Source: Promethearchaeota archaeon
Lineage (GTDB): Archaea; Asgardarchaeota; Lokiarchaeia; Sigyniarchaeales; SOKP01
DNA: 64,000 nt
Assembly (NCBI GenBank): GCA_030603385.1
Contig: JAUVXW010000001.1
Span: 32,001 to 96,000, forward strand
Reading direction: 5' to 3'
Of this stretch, positions 62,576 through 64,000 are shown piece by piece (within the stretch, counting starts at the first letter, position 1; each line of letters opens with the position of its first letter). The translations under genes were made by a program, and so were the position numbers. The notes below the pieces were generated by a model. It ran no database searches. It was not told the DNA's origin and saw only the letters and a list, made by a program, of their open reading frames with translations.

Positions 62576-63031
62576 CTATAATAACAGAGATACAACTTTT
62601 TCTTCTAAAGTTTGAGTACCAGTTCCAAAAAGTTTGTCAATAGTCTTTTTAAATGGTTCAAATTTAGCAACTTCAGTCACTTTACACCCATTAAATTCTG
62701 AAATGAATTTTTTAAGCAATCTATCCAAAAGTGGCTTTATAGTTCTATCTAAATATTTTTCAAGTCGATCATCTTTATCTATTACCAAAAAAGAGAGAAT
62801 ATCTTGCTCTTTCCCATAAAAATCTTGCATTATTCCTTTCTTAAAAACTATGGTATATTTGCTACTTTCAAAATACTCTATTGGTGCCATTAAGCATTCG
62901 GCAAATGTTAAAAGTCCACTCATTAAACCGCTTGAACATATTAAATCTGCTTTTTCCTTACGCGCTCTATGATAACTAGCAAATATAACAGGAATTCCAT
63001 TGAAGATGATACCAGCTTCTCGAATTAACAT
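62576..63031 (-). CDS. Longin-like domain protein (Asgard eukaryotic-signature type)
   Basis: Beta-beta-alpha (SGLMSGLLTFA)-beta-beta-beta-alpha pattern ending in FEPFKKTID. Confidence 0.55.
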   Translation of the reverse strand: MLIREAGIIFNGIPVIFASYHRARKEKADLICSSGLMSGLLTFAECLMAPIEYFESSKYTIVFKKGIMQDFYGKEQDILSFLVIDKDDRLEKYLDRTIKPLLDRLLKKFISEFNGCKVTEVAKFEPFKKTIDKLFGTGTQTLEEKVVSLLL

Positions 63032-63348
63032 ATTAATTCTAATAAGGGTTTAAATCAAATCGCGTTAAAAATATATTCTTTATGGGTGTTCCTCATATAC
63101 AACGAAATTCACGCTTTTAAATATTAGCCTATTAATAATATTTCGTAACGATAGAACAACACTTTTCTAAATATAATTCATCAATATTTAATGTCGATTT
63201 TTTGTCGTTATCACACAGAACTTATATTCCTCTAATCCATGATTAATATCTCTATTATTAATTAAAATAAGCTCTCAGAGATAGAAATTGCACAAATACG
63301 TTGAGTTATAATGATTTTAAAAAAGTAAAAATAAAAAAAGTTAAAAGT

Positions 63349-64000
63349 TTATTTCTTCTTACGTCTTGGTTCAATTTTTTTAATAATTATGCTCTCGGCG
63401 TGGATCTTACAGTTTTTAAGAATTACTCTGAATCCCCCAGCACCACCTACTCCTGGAATTGTCATACCAACAGTCCCCATTGGAAGCATAGCACCTTCTT
63501 CTTCCCATTCTTCTTCCTCTTCCATTTCACTTGCGACTGCTTTGTATTCTTCTGTTTCTATAATCGGATGCTGAACTTTTTCTAACCATGCGGGTAATTC
63601 ACTTAAATCAGAAACTTCTTCTTCGGTTGCAATTTTATCCCTTAAATCTTCTGGAAGAAAATCATATACGCGATCTTTAACTGTTTTTCCCATCCATACG
63701 ATTGTATGAATTCCACTCTCCAATCCTGAATTTATTCCATCGAATTTTTGGTATTTGGGCGATATAATGTATTGTATGCTTATACCATTAAAACCCGGCA
63801 TTTGTTTTCCTCCACCCGTCTGATTGGCCATTGCACTAAAAGGTAGCCCATTAATAGCAACTCCATCGTGATTTCGATCAATAATTCCATGACCTGCACC
63901 GGTCTCAGGTAAAAAAAAATCAATTGCTTCAAAACAGCCGCAGCTAGTATGAGGGAACTCCATTCCGCTATAAAGATAAATTCTTTCGATTTCTCCAAGT
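63349..64000 (-). CDS. cdhC: CO dehydrogenase/acetyl-CoA synthase beta subunit, C-terminal part (truncated by window end)
   Basis: PHTSCGCFE, GLPFSAMA..GGGKQ.PGF and IATEEE motifs. The frame is open to the window edge. Confidence 0.92.
   Translation of the reverse strand, partial: LGEIERIYLYSGMEFPHTSCGCFEAIDFFLPETGAGHGIIDRNHDGVAINGLPFSAMANQTGGGKQMPGFNGISIQYIISPKYQKFDGINSGLESGIHTIVWMGKTVKDRVYDFLPEDLRDKIATEEEVSDLSELPAWLEKVQHPIIETEEYKAVASEMEEEEEWEEEGAMLPMGTVGMTIPGVGGAGGFRVILKNCKIHAESIIIKKIEPRRKKK

Noticed and set aside
1-64000. CRISPR array, rRNA, IS transposase or integrase
   Set aside because: I saw no regularly spaced repeats, rRNA-like segments, or transposase/recombinase motifs.

Overview
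AT-rich archaeal chromosome segment, most consistent with an Asgard archaeon (Lokiarchaeia-like). Evidence: crenarchaeal-type PolB1 plus the 3' end of a second PolB, a longin-like protein, CdhC, a tetraether synthase-type radical SAM enzyme, many acyl-CoA enzymes, GGTGA-type Shine-Dalgarno sites and TTTAAATA TATA boxes. Most of the window is ordinary metabolism and transport. Four things stand out. (1) A probable homing element at polB1 (about 41992-44914). The intact polB1 is followed by a convergent gene fusing a zinc finger to a splicing-dead intein with an intact LAGLIDADG endonuclease, and then by an orphan second copy of the last ~94 codons of polB1. This is the 3'-end-replacement architecture known from yeast WHO/HO elements, here in an archaeon. 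(2) A stand-alone, ~290-nt, highly structured candidate ncRNA at 691-990 with several UUCG/GAAA tetraloops. (3) A tRNA-Thr(UGU) with two non-canonical introns. (4) A 3323-aa polytopic membrane protein containing ~250-aa tandem duplications. Also present are an HTH-Panacea-MazF toxin-antitoxin module and several genes that appear to need non-canonical start codons. All calls come from reading the sequence; no searches were run.
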